Assembly: GCA_009392515.1 (NCBI GenBank)
Contig: VFGE01000020.1
Location: 3,239 to 67,238, forward strand
Source of the DNA: SAR202 cluster bacterium
Lineage (GTDB): Bacteria; Chloroflexota; Dehalococcoidia; Lucifugimonadales; UBA6952
Reading direction: 5' to 3'
Length of the DNA stretch: 64,000 bases
Of this stretch, positions 10,502 to 20,357 are shown in pieces; the first letter of the stretch is position 1; each line of letters opens with the position of its first letter. Below the pieces are notes generated by a model that did no database searches, was not told where the DNA came from, and was given only the letters and a program-made list of their open reading frames with translations. The translations under genes and the position numbers were made by a program.

Positions 10502-11629
10502 TTATTTACTCATTAATGCTCTATTGATTTCATCTATCACAAATTGATCATTTTCATATTCTAGACTTATTTTTAAAGCCTTTTGGCATGCTTTTGTATT
10601 AATTTCACCCAAAGCCCAAGCTGAGTGACCTCGCACTAATTCTGATTCGTTATTATTAAGCGTATCAATTAATGCTGGTATTGCTTCTAAGATTTTAATA
10701 TTGCCTATAGCAACACAAGCATTTCGTTGTAAACCACTTAGTTTAGTTCGTTTTATAGGTGATTTACTAAAACGACTAGAAAATTGTTCTTTTGACATAT
10801 ATAAAATTTCTACTAAATCTAAATAATTATTAGTTTTTTTTGTAAAAGTTATGTTCTGTGAAACATCAGATTTATCATTTACAGGGCAAATATCCTGACA
10901 TATATCACATCCAAATATCCAGTCATCTATTAATGATCTCAATTCATATGGAATAGCTCCTTTATTTTCTATAGTCAAAAAAGAAATACACTTATTCGCA
11001 TCTAATTGATAAGGGGATACTATTGCTTTTGTTGGACATTCAATAATACATAATTCACATTTCCCACAATTTTTTTTAACCGGTTCATTAGGGGTTAATT
11101 CTAAATCTGTAATTAGAGCTCCAAGAAAGATCCATGATCCATAAATGGGATTAATTATATTTGTATGTTTACCAAACCAACCTAAACCAGCTTTCTCAGC
11201 AAATCCTTTTTCTAATAAAGAACCATCATCTACAAATATTCTTCCATCCATATTTATGGATAATTTATCTTGGAGAATAGCTTTGTATTCTTTTAACATT
11301 TTTTTAATTACTAAATGGTAATCTTCCCATTGTGCATACATAGCAATTCTACCTTTAGTACTATTAATTGGGGAAGTTTGATTTTCGTTTTGTTTATAAT
11401 TAACACCAACTACAATTACTGATTTAGGGTTAAGAAGTAATTGATCTGGAGAACCTGCTTTTATTAAACGTTCTTTATTTAGCCATGGCATACCATCAAG
11501 ATAATTTAATTCATAAGCTGCCAATGAATTCTTTATATGATCTTTTAAAATATTTGCTTCTGATATACCAACTAAATCAAAGCCTACTGATTTTGCAATT
11601 TCTATGACTATTTGTTCACGTGTTTTCAT
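10502..11629 (-). CDS. queG: tRNA epoxyqueuosine reductase
   Basis: Two ferredoxin-type clusters (CGKCELCIIECPTKAI, CDICQDICPVN) and C-terminal HEAT-like repeats (VRGHSAWALGEI). The 375-aa length fits. Confidence 0.88.
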   Translation of the reverse strand: MKTREQIVIEIAKSVGFDLVGISEANILKDHIKNSLAAYELNYLDGMPWLNKERLIKAGSPDQLLLNPKSVIVVGVNYKQNENQTSPINSTKGRIAMYAQWEDYHLVIKKMLKEYKAILQDKLSINMDGRIFVDDGSLLEKGFAEKAGLGWFGKHTNIINPIYGSWIFLGALITDLELTPNEPVKKNCGKCELCIIECPTKAIVSPYQLDANKCISFLTIENKGAIPYELRSLIDDWIFGCDICQDICPVNDKSDVSQNITFTKKTNNYLDLVEILYMSKEQFSSRFSKSPIKRTKLSGLQRNACVAIGNIKILEAIPALIDTLNNNESELVRGHSAWALGEINTKACQKALKISLEYENDQFVIDEINRALMSK

Positions 11630-11680
11630 AAAGTTACATAAAATAATAATTAAAGATATCTAATTATACCAACAGCTCTC

Positions 11681-11709
11681 TTGACTGAATATAAAACCCA
11701 ATTTATATT
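11681..11709 (+). promoter_or_regulatory. Putative sigma70-type promoter (TTGACT-17 nt-TATATT) for the 97-aa ORF
   Basis: The -35 is TTGACT at 11681-11686 and the -10 is TATATT at 11704-11709, with a 17-nt spacer, about 55 nt upstream of the ATG at 11765. AT-rich context lowers specificity. Confidence 0.3.
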
Positions 11710-11764
11710 AATACAATTCCGAATAATTTTCTAAAATAATTATGTAAAGGCAGGTTTTGAACTT

Positions 11765-12058
11765 ATGGCTGAAGCAGGTAAAAGATATATAACACCAAGC
11801 GGCGCAGAATTAATTGTTACTAAGGGTGGAACAGGTACCTTATCTGATGGCCAAATACCACTTCAAATAAAAGATGCTGGAGATGGCTATGACGGTGCTA
11901 CCTCTAATGGAACAGAAGCCTTAAGCCTTGGTAAAAGATTTCAGTCAAAAGATGGTTCTGTAACTGTCTTAGTCACAAAAGCTGGTGTATGTGACTTGCA
12001 ATATGATGGAGAACCAATGGAAATCCAACAACCTAGAAAGTTACCTTCCTCTGATTAA
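11765..12058 (+). CDS. Small protein with two degenerate desulforedoxin-like repeats lacking Cys ligands
   Basis: Internal repeat: GKRYITPSGAELIVTKGGTGTLSDGQIPL versus GKRFQSKDGSVTVLVTKAGVCDLQYDGEPM. This resembles the G-x-x-Y-x-C-x-x-C-G-x-x-V-x-V-x-K-x-G-x-G-x-L-x-C-C-G-x-P-M fold motif. Confidence 0.45.
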   Translation: MAEAGKRYITPSGAELIVTKGGTGTLSDGQIPLQIKDAGDGYDGATSNGTEALSLGKRFQSKDGSVTVLVTKAGVCDLQYDGEPMEIQQPRKLPSSD

Positions 12059-12313
12059 TTACTCACTACGAGTAGAATTTAACTGTTGAACTAATCGTGA
12101 TTTTCTTCTGGACGCATTATTCTTATGAATAGCACCTTTTTTTGCTGCACGATCTAATACAGATATTGCCTTTGACACTAAAACGTCCGCGTTTTCGTCT
12201 TGTGCAACTATGGCTTTTCTAGCAGCTGTCACTGCAGTTCTTGCAGATACTTTTGCTAATCGATTGTATCCTTGTTTTCTTATAGAACTTCTTAAAGTTT
12301 TTTCACTTGGCAT
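12059..12313 (-). CDS. rpsT: 30S ribosomal protein S20
   Basis: 84-aa basic protein. RSSIRKQGYNRLAKVSARTAVTAARKAI...AAKKGAIHKNNASRRKSRL matches the S20 consensus. Confidence 0.92.
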   Translation of the reverse strand: MPSEKTLRSSIRKQGYNRLAKVSARTAVTAARKAIVAQDENADVLVSKAISVLDRAAKKGAIHKNNASRRKSRLVQQLNSTRSE

Positions 12314-12356
12314 TTTGTCCCTTTCGAATAGAACATGATTATATCATGTTTACGTA

Positions 12357-14498
12357 CTAAATTCTTTCTACGCTTATAATTCCTTGTACTTCTTCTATCT
12401 TAGCAAATATTTTACCTAATTGCTCTATAGTGGATATAAATATATCCAAATTCACAAATGCTGTTCCGTCGTTTTGATTTTTACTCACAACATCATTCAC
12501 ATTAATTTTCTCAGAGGCAACAGCAGAAGTTAAATCTCTCAGTAACCCTACTCTATCCCAGGAATGTATTGATATTCTCACAGGATAATAGCTCTTAGAT
12601 TTACCCCAATTTACCTCCACAACCCTTTCACGATCCTGCTCTTTTTGAATGTTTTCACATCCGATCTGATGTACAGTAATCCCTTTTCCTCGAGTAATGT
12701 ACCCTACTATATCATCTCCAGGCAATGGAGAACAACATTTTGCCAAATTTGTTAATAAATCACCCACTCCTAAAACCTCTACTGATGAAGTTAAGTCTCT
12801 GACAATTGAGCTAGATGTTGTATTAATTTTTAAAGGAAGCGGGTCGTTTAACTTAGACAATACTTGCTGAATTGTAATTGAACCTGATCCCAGAGCTGTA
12901 AAAAAGTCTTCAACACTTGAGAATTTTAACGTTTTTGCTACTTCTTGCTCAGTCTCTTCAATATTAAATTTCTTTAAATCTCTTTGAAACATTTCTCTAC
13001 CCTTATTAAGGCTAGTGCTTCGTTCTTGTCTTCTAAACCATGATTTAATTCTTTCTTTTGCTGTTGCTGTCTGTATATAACCTGCATGAACATTTAACCA
13101 GTCTAAACTTGGACCACGAGTCACCTTACTGGTGAGAATTTCAGCAGAATCACCACTTGTCAATTTATAATCTAAAGAAACTAATTTACCATTAACTTTT
13201 GCCCCAATACACCTATGACCTACTTCTGTATGAATTCTATAAGCAAGATCAATAGGAGTGGATCCTACAGGTAACTCAAAAATATCGCCTTTTGGTGTAT
13301 AAACATACACCTGATCTTGAAATATATCTGTTTTAATATTTTCAAGAAATTCTTCTGGACCGCTTGACCCTTTTTGTACATCAATTAATTGACGTAACCA
13401 ATTTATTTTGGTTTCATATTTTTCATTTGATTGTTTTCCTTCTTTATACGTCCAATGTGAAGCAATACCAAATTCAGCTAATCTATGCATTTCATGAGTA
13501 CGTATTTGTACTTCAAGAGGCATCCCATTTAATCCCAGTACTGTAGTATGTAAAGACTGATACATATTCTCTTTTGGATTTGCTATATAATCATCGAACT
13601 GCCCTGATAATGGATGCCATAATTCGTGAACTATTGACAATGTTGTATAACAATCAACTTTTGTATTAACCAATACCCTTAGCGCAAATAAATCATGGAT
13701 ATCATCAAAATCTTTTCCTTGTTCTTCATACGCCTCAATCTTTTTAAAAATACTATATAAATGTTTTGCTCTTCCCATAACTGTAGCTTCAATTTTTGCT
13801 TGTTTTAGAGAGGTTCCTAACATATCCTGAACTAAATTAATATATTTTTCTCTCTCAAGACGTTTACGAGAAATCAAAGAAGCAATTTCTTTATAACTAT
13901 CTGGTTGAATATATCTAAATGCTAAATCTTCTAATCTCCATTTTACATCCCACATCCCTAATCTATGGGCTAATGGAGCGTATATATCTAATGTTTCTTG
14001 AGAGATAATGATTTGTCTATCTTCTGTGAGTGAAGCGAGTGTGGACATATTATGTAATCTGTCTGAAAGTTTAATAAGAATTACTCGTAAATCTTTAGAC
14101 ATAGCAATAAGCATTTTTCTTAAACTAGCAGCATTATTAGATCTAAGTTCATTTGTGGAATTATCATCCGAGAAACCAATATTTATATCGAGTCTATTTA
14201 ATTTTGTCACACCATCAACTAATTCTGCGACATGCGTACCAAATTCTTTTTCTAATTGAGAAAAAGAAACATCACAATCTTCTATAACATCATGAAGCAA
14301 AGCCGCAACAAGTGTAGTAGTATCACAACTTAAATCAGCTAAATACCTAGCAGTCTCAACTGGATGGACAATAAATGGGTCGCCAGATTTGCGTAACTGC
14401 CCTTTATGGGCGTTTTCAGCAAAACCTAAAGCTTTAGAAATTTTTCCTATATCTTCTTTAGGTAAATACGTATTAGCTATTTCCAATAAAGAATTCAC
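12357..14498 (-). CDS. rel: Bifunctional (p)ppGpp synthetase/hydrolase (RelA/SpoT homologue)
   Basis: 713 aa with an HD hydrolase motif (HDVIEDC), a RelA/SpoT synthetase core, a TGS region and a C-terminal ACT-like domain. The GTG start follows AGGTGA. Confidence 0.92.
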   Translation of the reverse strand: MNSLLEIANTYLPKEDIGKISKALGFAENAHKGQLRKSGDPFIVHPVETARYLADLSCDTTTLVAALLHDVIEDCDVSFSQLEKEFGTHVAELVDGVTKLNRLDINIGFSDDNSTNELRSNNAASLRKMLIAMSKDLRVILIKLSDRLHNMSTLASLTEDRQIIISQETLDIYAPLAHRLGMWDVKWRLEDLAFRYIQPDSYKEIASLISRKRLEREKYINLVQDMLGTSLKQAKIEATVMGRAKHLYSIFKKIEAYEEQGKDFDDIHDLFALRVLVNTKVDCYTTLSIVHELWHPLSGQFDDYIANPKENMYQSLHTTVLGLNGMPLEVQIRTHEMHRLAEFGIASHWTYKEGKQSNEKYETKINWLRQLIDVQKGSSGPEEFLENIKTDIFQDQVYVYTPKGDIFELPVGSTPIDLAYRIHTEVGHRCIGAKVNGKLVSLDYKLTSGDSAEILTSKVTRGPSLDWLNVHAGYIQTATAKERIKSWFRRQERSTSLNKGREMFQRDLKKFNIEETEQEVAKTLKFSSVEDFFTALGSGSITIQQVLSKLNDPLPLKINTTSSSIVRDLTSSVEVLGVGDLLTNLAKCCSPLPGDDIVGYITRGKGITVHQIGCENIQKEQDRERVVEVNWGKSKSYYPVRISIHSWDRVGLLRDLTSAVASEKINVNDVVSKNQNDGTAFVNLDIFISTIEQLGKIFAKIEEVQGIISVERI

Positions 14499-14635
14499 AA
14501 AATCACCTTAATTAATTATATCATTTGAAATAATTAAATGGAGATAAGTATACTTGATATATCGATTTTTCGAAATATAGACTTTATCGAATATAAAATA
14601 TAATATCTTTGTATACAATATATGAAAGGGAATAC

Positions 14636-15892
14636 ATGTTACAAAGGCCACGAGGTACTGCCGATATTCTACCGGTTGAACAAAAGTATTGGAAATTTAT
14701 ACATGAATCTACAGCAAATGTCTGCGAAAAATTCGGTTACAAACGACTAGATACCCCTCAATTTGAATCTAAAGATTTATTTATAAGAGGAGTAGGAACT
14801 CAAACTGACATTGTACAAAAAGAAACCTATACCTTCCAAGATAAAGGGAATGAAGAATTAACTTTACGTGCTGAAGGAACAGCACCTGCATGTCGAGCAT
14901 ATATAGAGAATGGGATGAAAAATTTACAACAACCAGTTCGCCTTTATTACCATGCATCGATTTTTAGATATGAAAGACCTCAGTCCGGAAGATACAGAGA
15001 ACACCACCAATTTGGAATTGAAGCTATCGGTGACAGTAGCCCATTAATTGATTGTGAAGTTATACAAATTGCAACTGATGTCATACAAGAATTGGGCATA
15101 CCGAATACTTCACTGTATATTAATTCTATTGGAGGAGCTTCTTGCTGTAGGAAAGATTATCTCTTAGGTCTTAAAACATATTATAGTAACCATCTCGAAT
15201 TATTATGCGATGATTGCAATAACAGAATAGAAAATAATCCATTAAGGTTATTAGATTGTAAACAAAAACAATGCCAACCGTTTCTACAAGATGCTCCTCA
15301 TTCAATTGATTCTCTATGTCAAGAATGTAGAGAACATCATGAAAAACTTCTTGGTTATCTAGATTCATTAGATTTACCATACATAATCAACAGTAAACTA
15401 GTAAGAGGCTTAGATTATTACAATAAAACAGTGTTTGAAATTCAACCAGAAAGAGAAGGTAGTCAAAACACAATCATTGGTGGTGGAAGATATGACGGAT
15501 TAATAGAACAAATAGGTGGACAATCAACTCCAGGTATTGGTTTTGGCTGCGGTATTGAAAGGCTTATACTAAATTTGAAGTCAAATAATATTGAACCACC
15601 AGAAATTTATGAAAAACCCGTTGTTATCTGCCATATGGGAGAAAATGCTTTAGATATTGCAGTACCATTATCAAAAAAAATGAGAAATAATAATATTCAT
15701 ACCATAATTGCTCCTTACGGTAGAAGTTTACGAAGTCAAATGAGATACGCATCATCAAACGATTCGGATTATGTTGTGATTATTGGAGAAGAAGAAATAA
15801 AACAAAAAACATATCGAGTAAAAGATATGAATAAGTCGACTGAATATGACCTAAATGAAAGTGATCTAATTAATTTACTATTAGAAATTTAA
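14636..15892 (+). CDS. hisS: Histidyl-tRNA synthetase
   Basis: RGTADILP, motif 2 FRYERPQSGRYREHHQFGIE, GGGRYDGL and GFGCGIERL are present. The ATG at 14636 follows GAAAGGG; the ORF-track TTG at 14609 is less likely. Confidence 0.92.
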   Translation: MLQRPRGTADILPVEQKYWKFIHESTANVCEKFGYKRLDTPQFESKDLFIRGVGTQTDIVQKETYTFQDKGNEELTLRAEGTAPACRAYIENGMKNLQQPVRLYYHASIFRYERPQSGRYREHHQFGIEAIGDSSPLIDCEVIQIATDVIQELGIPNTSLYINSIGGASCCRKDYLLGLKTYYSNHLELLCDDCNNRIENNPLRLLDCKQKQCQPFLQDAPHSIDSLCQECREHHEKLLGYLDSLDLPYIINSKLVRGLDYYNKTVFEIQPEREGSQNTIIGGGRYDGLIEQIGGQSTPGIGFGCGIERLILNLKSNNIEPPEIYEKPVVICHMGENALDIAVPLSKKMRNNNIHTIIAPYGRSLRSQMRYASSNDSDYVVIIGEEEIKQKTYRVKDMNKSTEYDLNESDLINLLLEI

Positions 15893-17311
15893 ATTAATTT
15901 GAGTAATGCTCATATCACCTTCAAATTTAGCATCAATTGCTGTTTTTTGACCTTCGAAATAGAATTCAACAGTAGCGCCAATATATTGAGAGTCATTTAA
16001 ACCTAACGTTACTGTATACAATCCATTCAATCCGACATCAAAATACAACCAAATATCAGAAAGATTATCTGTAGGCGCAACAACTCGAACATAATATTTC
16101 TTACCTAACTCAATGAATGTGCCATTTTTCTTTATTGTGCCTTGTACAAATGATGGCAACGGAGGAACTGCTGCTGAATTTAAATTTGCAGGTATTTTAA
16201 AATCAGTATTAAGTTTACCCTTATATAAATCAGGTACGTGTTTTCCAATAGTAGAAGTTCCAAGCATATAGACTATATCATCTTCACTTGAAACATTAAT
16301 TCCTTTGGATTTTAAAGTGTCTTTTGATATTGTTATTCCTACTAACGAATAATTACTATCAAATATCCCTAGACCTTCTTCTATACCTTCAATGGTCTCA
16401 TCATCCATTAAAATTAATTCTGCATACCTTATACCAGTAATACTATCTCGTTGAAATCTATTTACCAAAATCTCTGAATCCATCATAGTCCAACCGGGGT
16501 TATTCCCCTCACAATATAAACAAAATCCTATACCTTGATGAATATCATTAACTTTAGTATCAATAAGATTTGCACTTGGAATAGTTGGTTTACTATTATT
16601 GTAAATACTATCTAAAATATTAGTAGGCAAAGAGTTTGAGTCAATGATTTTGATTATTGCTAGGTCTATATTTTCATCTCTTCCAATAATCCATCCTCTA
16701 ACACTATTTCCTTGAGACCATCCTGGAAAATAAAGTTCAACAAATGGGTTAGATGTAAAACCAGCTGCCGTGGTAAGAATATGATTAGGATATTCACTTA
16801 ACAACCAGCCTGTTCTAAAAGTTTCTTGGTTCTGTCTACTTTCTGAGGTACTTTCTGTGTGTATCAAAGGCCATTTATCGAATTTCTCTATTTGTGATGA
16901 AAAATTTAATGATTCAGAATAGTTTGAGAATTGCCCAATCAAAACAGATGATTTACCAACAATAAAAGAATCCTTATCGGTATCCCAAATCCATGATGGA
17001 GTTGGAGTTGGAGTTGGTAGACTTTTTTTAGGTTCGTCTGTTGGAGAGACTTTTGGTACAGATTCAAGAGCCTTTGCAACAGCAGCATCAATCATTGCCT
17101 GAACATCTAAAGTAGGTTCAGCTGTTGGTAGTATTGGAGTTGGGGTTGGAGATTCAATAGTTGCAGTTTCTGCTAAACGTGCCGCAATTCCTGCATCTAC
17201 AGTTGCTTGAAAATCAATGTCTTGAAGCTCCATAGTAACTTCATCTGAACTTCCACAATTTACAATAAATAAAAATGATACTGCAAAAATTATGTTCTTA
17301 TATTTGTTCAT
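15881..17311 (-). CDS. Secreted lipoprotein with a trypsin-like (S1C-like) fold that appears to lack the catalytic His and Ser
   Basis: Lipobox FLFIVNCG and Pro/Thr-rich linkers. HILTTAAGF sits where the TNAHV motif is expected, DLAIIKI keeps the Asp motif, and GIEEGLGIF sits where GNSGGP is expected. Confidence 0.5.
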   Translation of the reverse strand: MNKYKNIIFAVSFLFIVNCGSSDEVTMELQDIDFQATVDAGIAARLAETATIESPTPTPILPTAEPTLDVQAMIDAAVAKALESVPKVSPTDEPKKSLPTPTPTPSWIWDTDKDSFIVGKSSVLIGQFSNYSESLNFSSQIEKFDKWPLIHTESTSESRQNQETFRTGWLLSEYPNHILTTAAGFTSNPFVELYFPGWSQGNSVRGWIIGRDENIDLAIIKIIDSNSLPTNILDSIYNNSKPTIPSANLIDTKVNDIHQGIGFCLYCEGNNPGWTMMDSEILVNRFQRDSITGIRYAELILMDDETIEGIEEGLGIFDSNYSLVGITISKDTLKSKGINVSSEDDIVYMLGTSTIGKHVPDLYKGKLNTDFKIPANLNSAAVPPLPSFVQGTIKKNGTFIELGKKYYVRVVAPTDNLSDIWLYFDVGLNGLYTVTLGLNDSQYIGATVEFYFEGQKTAIDAKFEGDMSITQINLNF

Positions 17312-17441
17312 ATACTTATCTCAAATCATATATTTCAATTGAATTATATCACAGAATAAATTAGAGAAATGCGTTGAACATGAATATTGATGTAAACTAT
17401 ACTTCAGTATAAATATTCATAAATAACAGATTATTGAGGAA

Positions 17442-18512
17442 ATGTTAGAAAAATTATCAAAATTTGAACAAAGATTTCGAGAAGTAGAATTATTGCTTGC
17501 CGATCCGGCTAATTCAGATAATCCAAAACTTCTGGCTGAATTAGGCAAAGAATACTCACAACTAGAATCAAAATCGAAAACTTATCATAAATATGACTCC
17601 CTATTAAAATCTATCTCAGGTTTGAAAAAAATAATTTCTTCCGAAGATGATAAAGAATTAATAGAGCTCGCTAAAGAAGAATTAAATGAAGAATTAATCA
17701 AGCAAACGAATCTAGAAGAAGAAATACAGGTATTATTATTACCAGAGGATCCAAATGATCAAAGAAATGTTTTTGTAGAAATACGAGCTGCTGCTGGAGG
17801 AGATGAAGCAGCATTATTTGCAGGTGATATATATCGTATGTATTCTCGATATTCCCAAATTGCCAATTGGAATATTGAAATAATGTCAATGAATGAAACC
17901 GGTATTGGTGGTTATAAAGAGATAGTTTTTTCTGTACAAGGTGAAAATGTATATAAAAGATTAAAATATGAAAGTGGTGCACACAGAGTGCAAAGGGTAC
18001 CATCAACTGAGTCATCAGGTAGAATTCATACTTCAACTATAACTGTAGCTGTGTTACCTGAGGCTGATGATGTTGATGTAGATATTAGCGATAATGATTT
18101 GCGAATAGATATCTTTCATGCTGGTGGTCATGGGGGACAAAATGTAAATAAAGTGGCTACTGCAGTGAGAATAACCCACATTCCTAGTGGAATTGTAGCA
18201 GTCTGCCAAGATGAACGTTCCCAAATGAGAAATAAACAAAAAGCTATGGATGTAATCAAGGCCAGGCTTTTAGACAAGGCCACTAGAGAACAACAGCAAA
18301 GTATTAGTAGTGATAGAAAATCACAAGTTGGGACAGGTGAACGAGCAGAAAAAATACGTACTTATAATTTTCCTCAAGATCGTATTACAGATCATAGAAT
18401 TAACCTGACCATCCATAATATGGAAAATGTCCTAAATGGAAATTTAGATATCTTGATAGATCCAATTCAAGAAAAAGAAAAAGAAATGTTATTAGAAAAT
18501 CCAGTAGTTTGA
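17442..18512 (+). CDS. prfA: Peptide chain release factor 1
   Basis: GGQ motif (AGGHGGQNVNKV), a PST tripeptide (RVPSTES) and RF-1 length. It is followed by prmC. Confidence 0.93.
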   Translation: MLEKLSKFEQRFREVELLLADPANSDNPKLLAELGKEYSQLESKSKTYHKYDSLLKSISGLKKIISSEDDKELIELAKEELNEELIKQTNLEEEIQVLLLPEDPNDQRNVFVEIRAAAGGDEAALFAGDIYRMYSRYSQIANWNIEIMSMNETGIGGYKEIVFSVQGENVYKRLKYESGAHRVQRVPSTESSGRIHTSTITVAVLPEADDVDVDISDNDLRIDIFHAGGHGGQNVNKVATAVRITHIPSGIVAVCQDERSQMRNKQKAMDVIKARLLDKATREQQQSISSDRKSQVGTGERAEKIRTYNFPQDRITDHRINLTIHNMENVLNGNLDILIDPIQEKEKEMLLENPVV

Positions 18513-19363
18513 TCAATATAAAAGAAGTCTTACTATCAACAAGAAAGGTATTAAACGAAAACGCTATTATAGATAGCGATTTAGAAAGTGATCTTCTTGT
18601 AGCATTTGCTTTAAAAATAACTAGAGCGCAATTACACGCAAATATTAATTCTCCTATTTCAATATCTGAACAAAAAACAATACAGAATTTAGTTAATAGA
18701 AGAATAGGTCATGAACCGCTTGCATATATACTTGGGGTTAGAGAATTTTTTGGGAACTTATTTCGAGTTAATGAATCAGTATTAATTCCTCGCCAAGAAA
18801 CAGAATGTTTAGTTGAATCTATTATAAATTACTTACGCCATAAATCTATTGAAAGTCCTAAAGTTTTAGATGTTGGATGTGGTAGTGGAGTTATTGGTGC
18901 AAGCATTTTAAAATATTTTCCTAATATAGACCTTATTTCAATCGATATATCTCCTAATGCGGCCCAAATTGCTTATGAAAATATACTTAAAATTACTAAT
19001 AATAATAATTTCCACGTGCTAGTAGGTGATTTAATAGAAAGTATAAAAGTGCAGGTAGATTTAATAGTCGCTAATTTACCATATATACCTACAAAAAGAA
19101 TTCCTACATTACAAAAAGAAATATTTCTTTATGAACCCAAAACTGCTTTGGATGGCGGAACTAAAGGTGTAGAAATAATTTCACGACTAATCGAGCAAAG
19201 TACTAAAATACTCAAACCTGATGGAGCCATATTTTTAGAAATTGATCCTGACCAGAAATATATACTTAAAAACAAAATACAGCACTTATTTCCAAAACAT
19301 AAAATTAAAGTTTTACATGACTTAAGCGGTCAAGAAAGAGTTTTATCCATTACAATTTTATAG
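18509..19363 (+). CDS. prmC: Release-factor glutamine N5-methyltransferase (PrmC/HemK)
   Basis: SAM motif LDVGCGSGVIG. The catalytic tetrapeptide reads NLPY (19073-19084) instead of NPPY. The TTG start overlaps the prfA stop (TTGA). Confidence 0.85.
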   Translation: MINIKEVLLSTRKVLNENAIIDSDLESDLLVAFALKITRAQLHANINSPISISEQKTIQNLVNRRIGHEPLAYILGVREFFGNLFRVNESVLIPRQETECLVESIINYLRHKSIESPKVLDVGCGSGVIGASILKYFPNIDLISIDISPNAAQIAYENILKITNNNNFHVLVGDLIESIKVQVDLIVANLPYIPTKRIPTLQKEIFLYEPKTALDGGTKGVEIISRLIEQSTKILKPDGAIFLEIDPDQKYILKNKIQHLFPKHKIKVLHDLSGQERVLSITIL

Positions 19364-20320
19364 TTCCATAGTTATTTTTAAACTATTATCTAACTTGGAA
19401 CTATATGTTTCATACGCTTTCTGCACTTCTTCAAATTTCATATTATGAGTTACTAAATATGATAAATCTAATCTATCTTGTTCTACTAATTCGATGCATT
19501 CATTAACGGCTTGAGGCATATCCCAAGTTCGTGCACTATTATGTACTTCTATAATTGGCAATTTTGAAGTCATTTCATCAAAATTGAATTCAAATACGTC
19601 TTCATCATGAGATAATCCAAAAAGTATTGCTTTCCCCTGTTTCTTTATTATTTTCCATATGCCATTAAGGGTTTCAGGTCTTCCCACAGCTTCAACAACA
19701 ATATCAGCACCTTCACCATTAGTAAGTTCTGCAACAGCTTCTTCAAGGTTATCTCTGTTAGGATTAATAACATGGGTTGCACCATTATTTTTTGCCACAT
19801 CCAAACGATAATCTAACAAATCTACTCCAATTACCTTTGTTGCTCCACCTTGGGCTAAAAAATTACTAAAACTCAAACCTATAGGTCCTTGACCTAGAAC
19901 AACAATTTTTTTCCCAATAACACTTCCAGTCAATTTGCATGAATGCATAACCGTACCTACAGGCTGGCACATTAGTAAAGTAGACATATCCTTACCATCT
20001 GGTAAACGAACTAAACGCTCTGCTGGTTCTGCAAGATATTCTGCTAATCCATTACCACCATCAGGGAAAACTATAACTTTATCGCCAACATTATATTCTG
20101 AGCTTTTTGTCTCCACTACAACACCAGCACATTCATGGCAGGGTTTACCATGCTCTATCGGATACATTTCTTCTTCAAATGTGCGATCAAAAATTCGTAG
20201 GTCACTACCACATATCGATAATCGCTCCATTTTAACTAAAACTTCCCCTTCACTAATTTCAGGATCCGGTACGTCCACAAATTCAAATTGTTGCGGGCTT
20301 GTTATACGAGCAATTTTCAT
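19358..20320 (-). CDS. Zn-dependent medium-chain dehydrogenase/reductase (sorbitol/threonine dehydrogenase-like)
   Basis: GHECAG-type motif (PCHECAGVV), Rossmann motif VLGQGPIGL, and 320 aa. Confidence 0.8.
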   Translation of the reverse strand: MKIARITSPQQFEFVDVPDPEISEGEVLVKMERLSICGSDLRIFDRTFEEEMYPIEHGKPCHECAGVVVETKSSEYNVGDKVIVFPDGGNGLAEYLAEPAERLVRLPDGKDMSTLLMCQPVGTVMHSCKLTGSVIGKKIVVLGQGPIGLSFSNFLAQGGATKVIGVDLLDYRLDVAKNNGATHVINPNRDNLEEAVAELTNGEGADIVVEAVGRPETLNGIWKIIKKQGKAILFGLSHDEDVFEFNFDEMTSKLPIIEVHNSARTWDMPQAVNECIELVEQDRLDLSYLVTHNMKFEEVQKAYETYSSKLDNSLKITMEL

Positions 20321-20357
20321 ACATCCTCCAAATTCAACTACATCAAATGATTAATAC

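Noticed and set aside
12332-12350. Perfect palindrome AACATGAT-TAT-ATCATGTT between rel and rpsT.
   Set aside because: It is an 8-bp AT-rich stem with no T-run, so it is not a convincing terminator. It contains a TATAAT on the coding strand and may simply be the rpsT -10 region. It is not distinctive enough to call.
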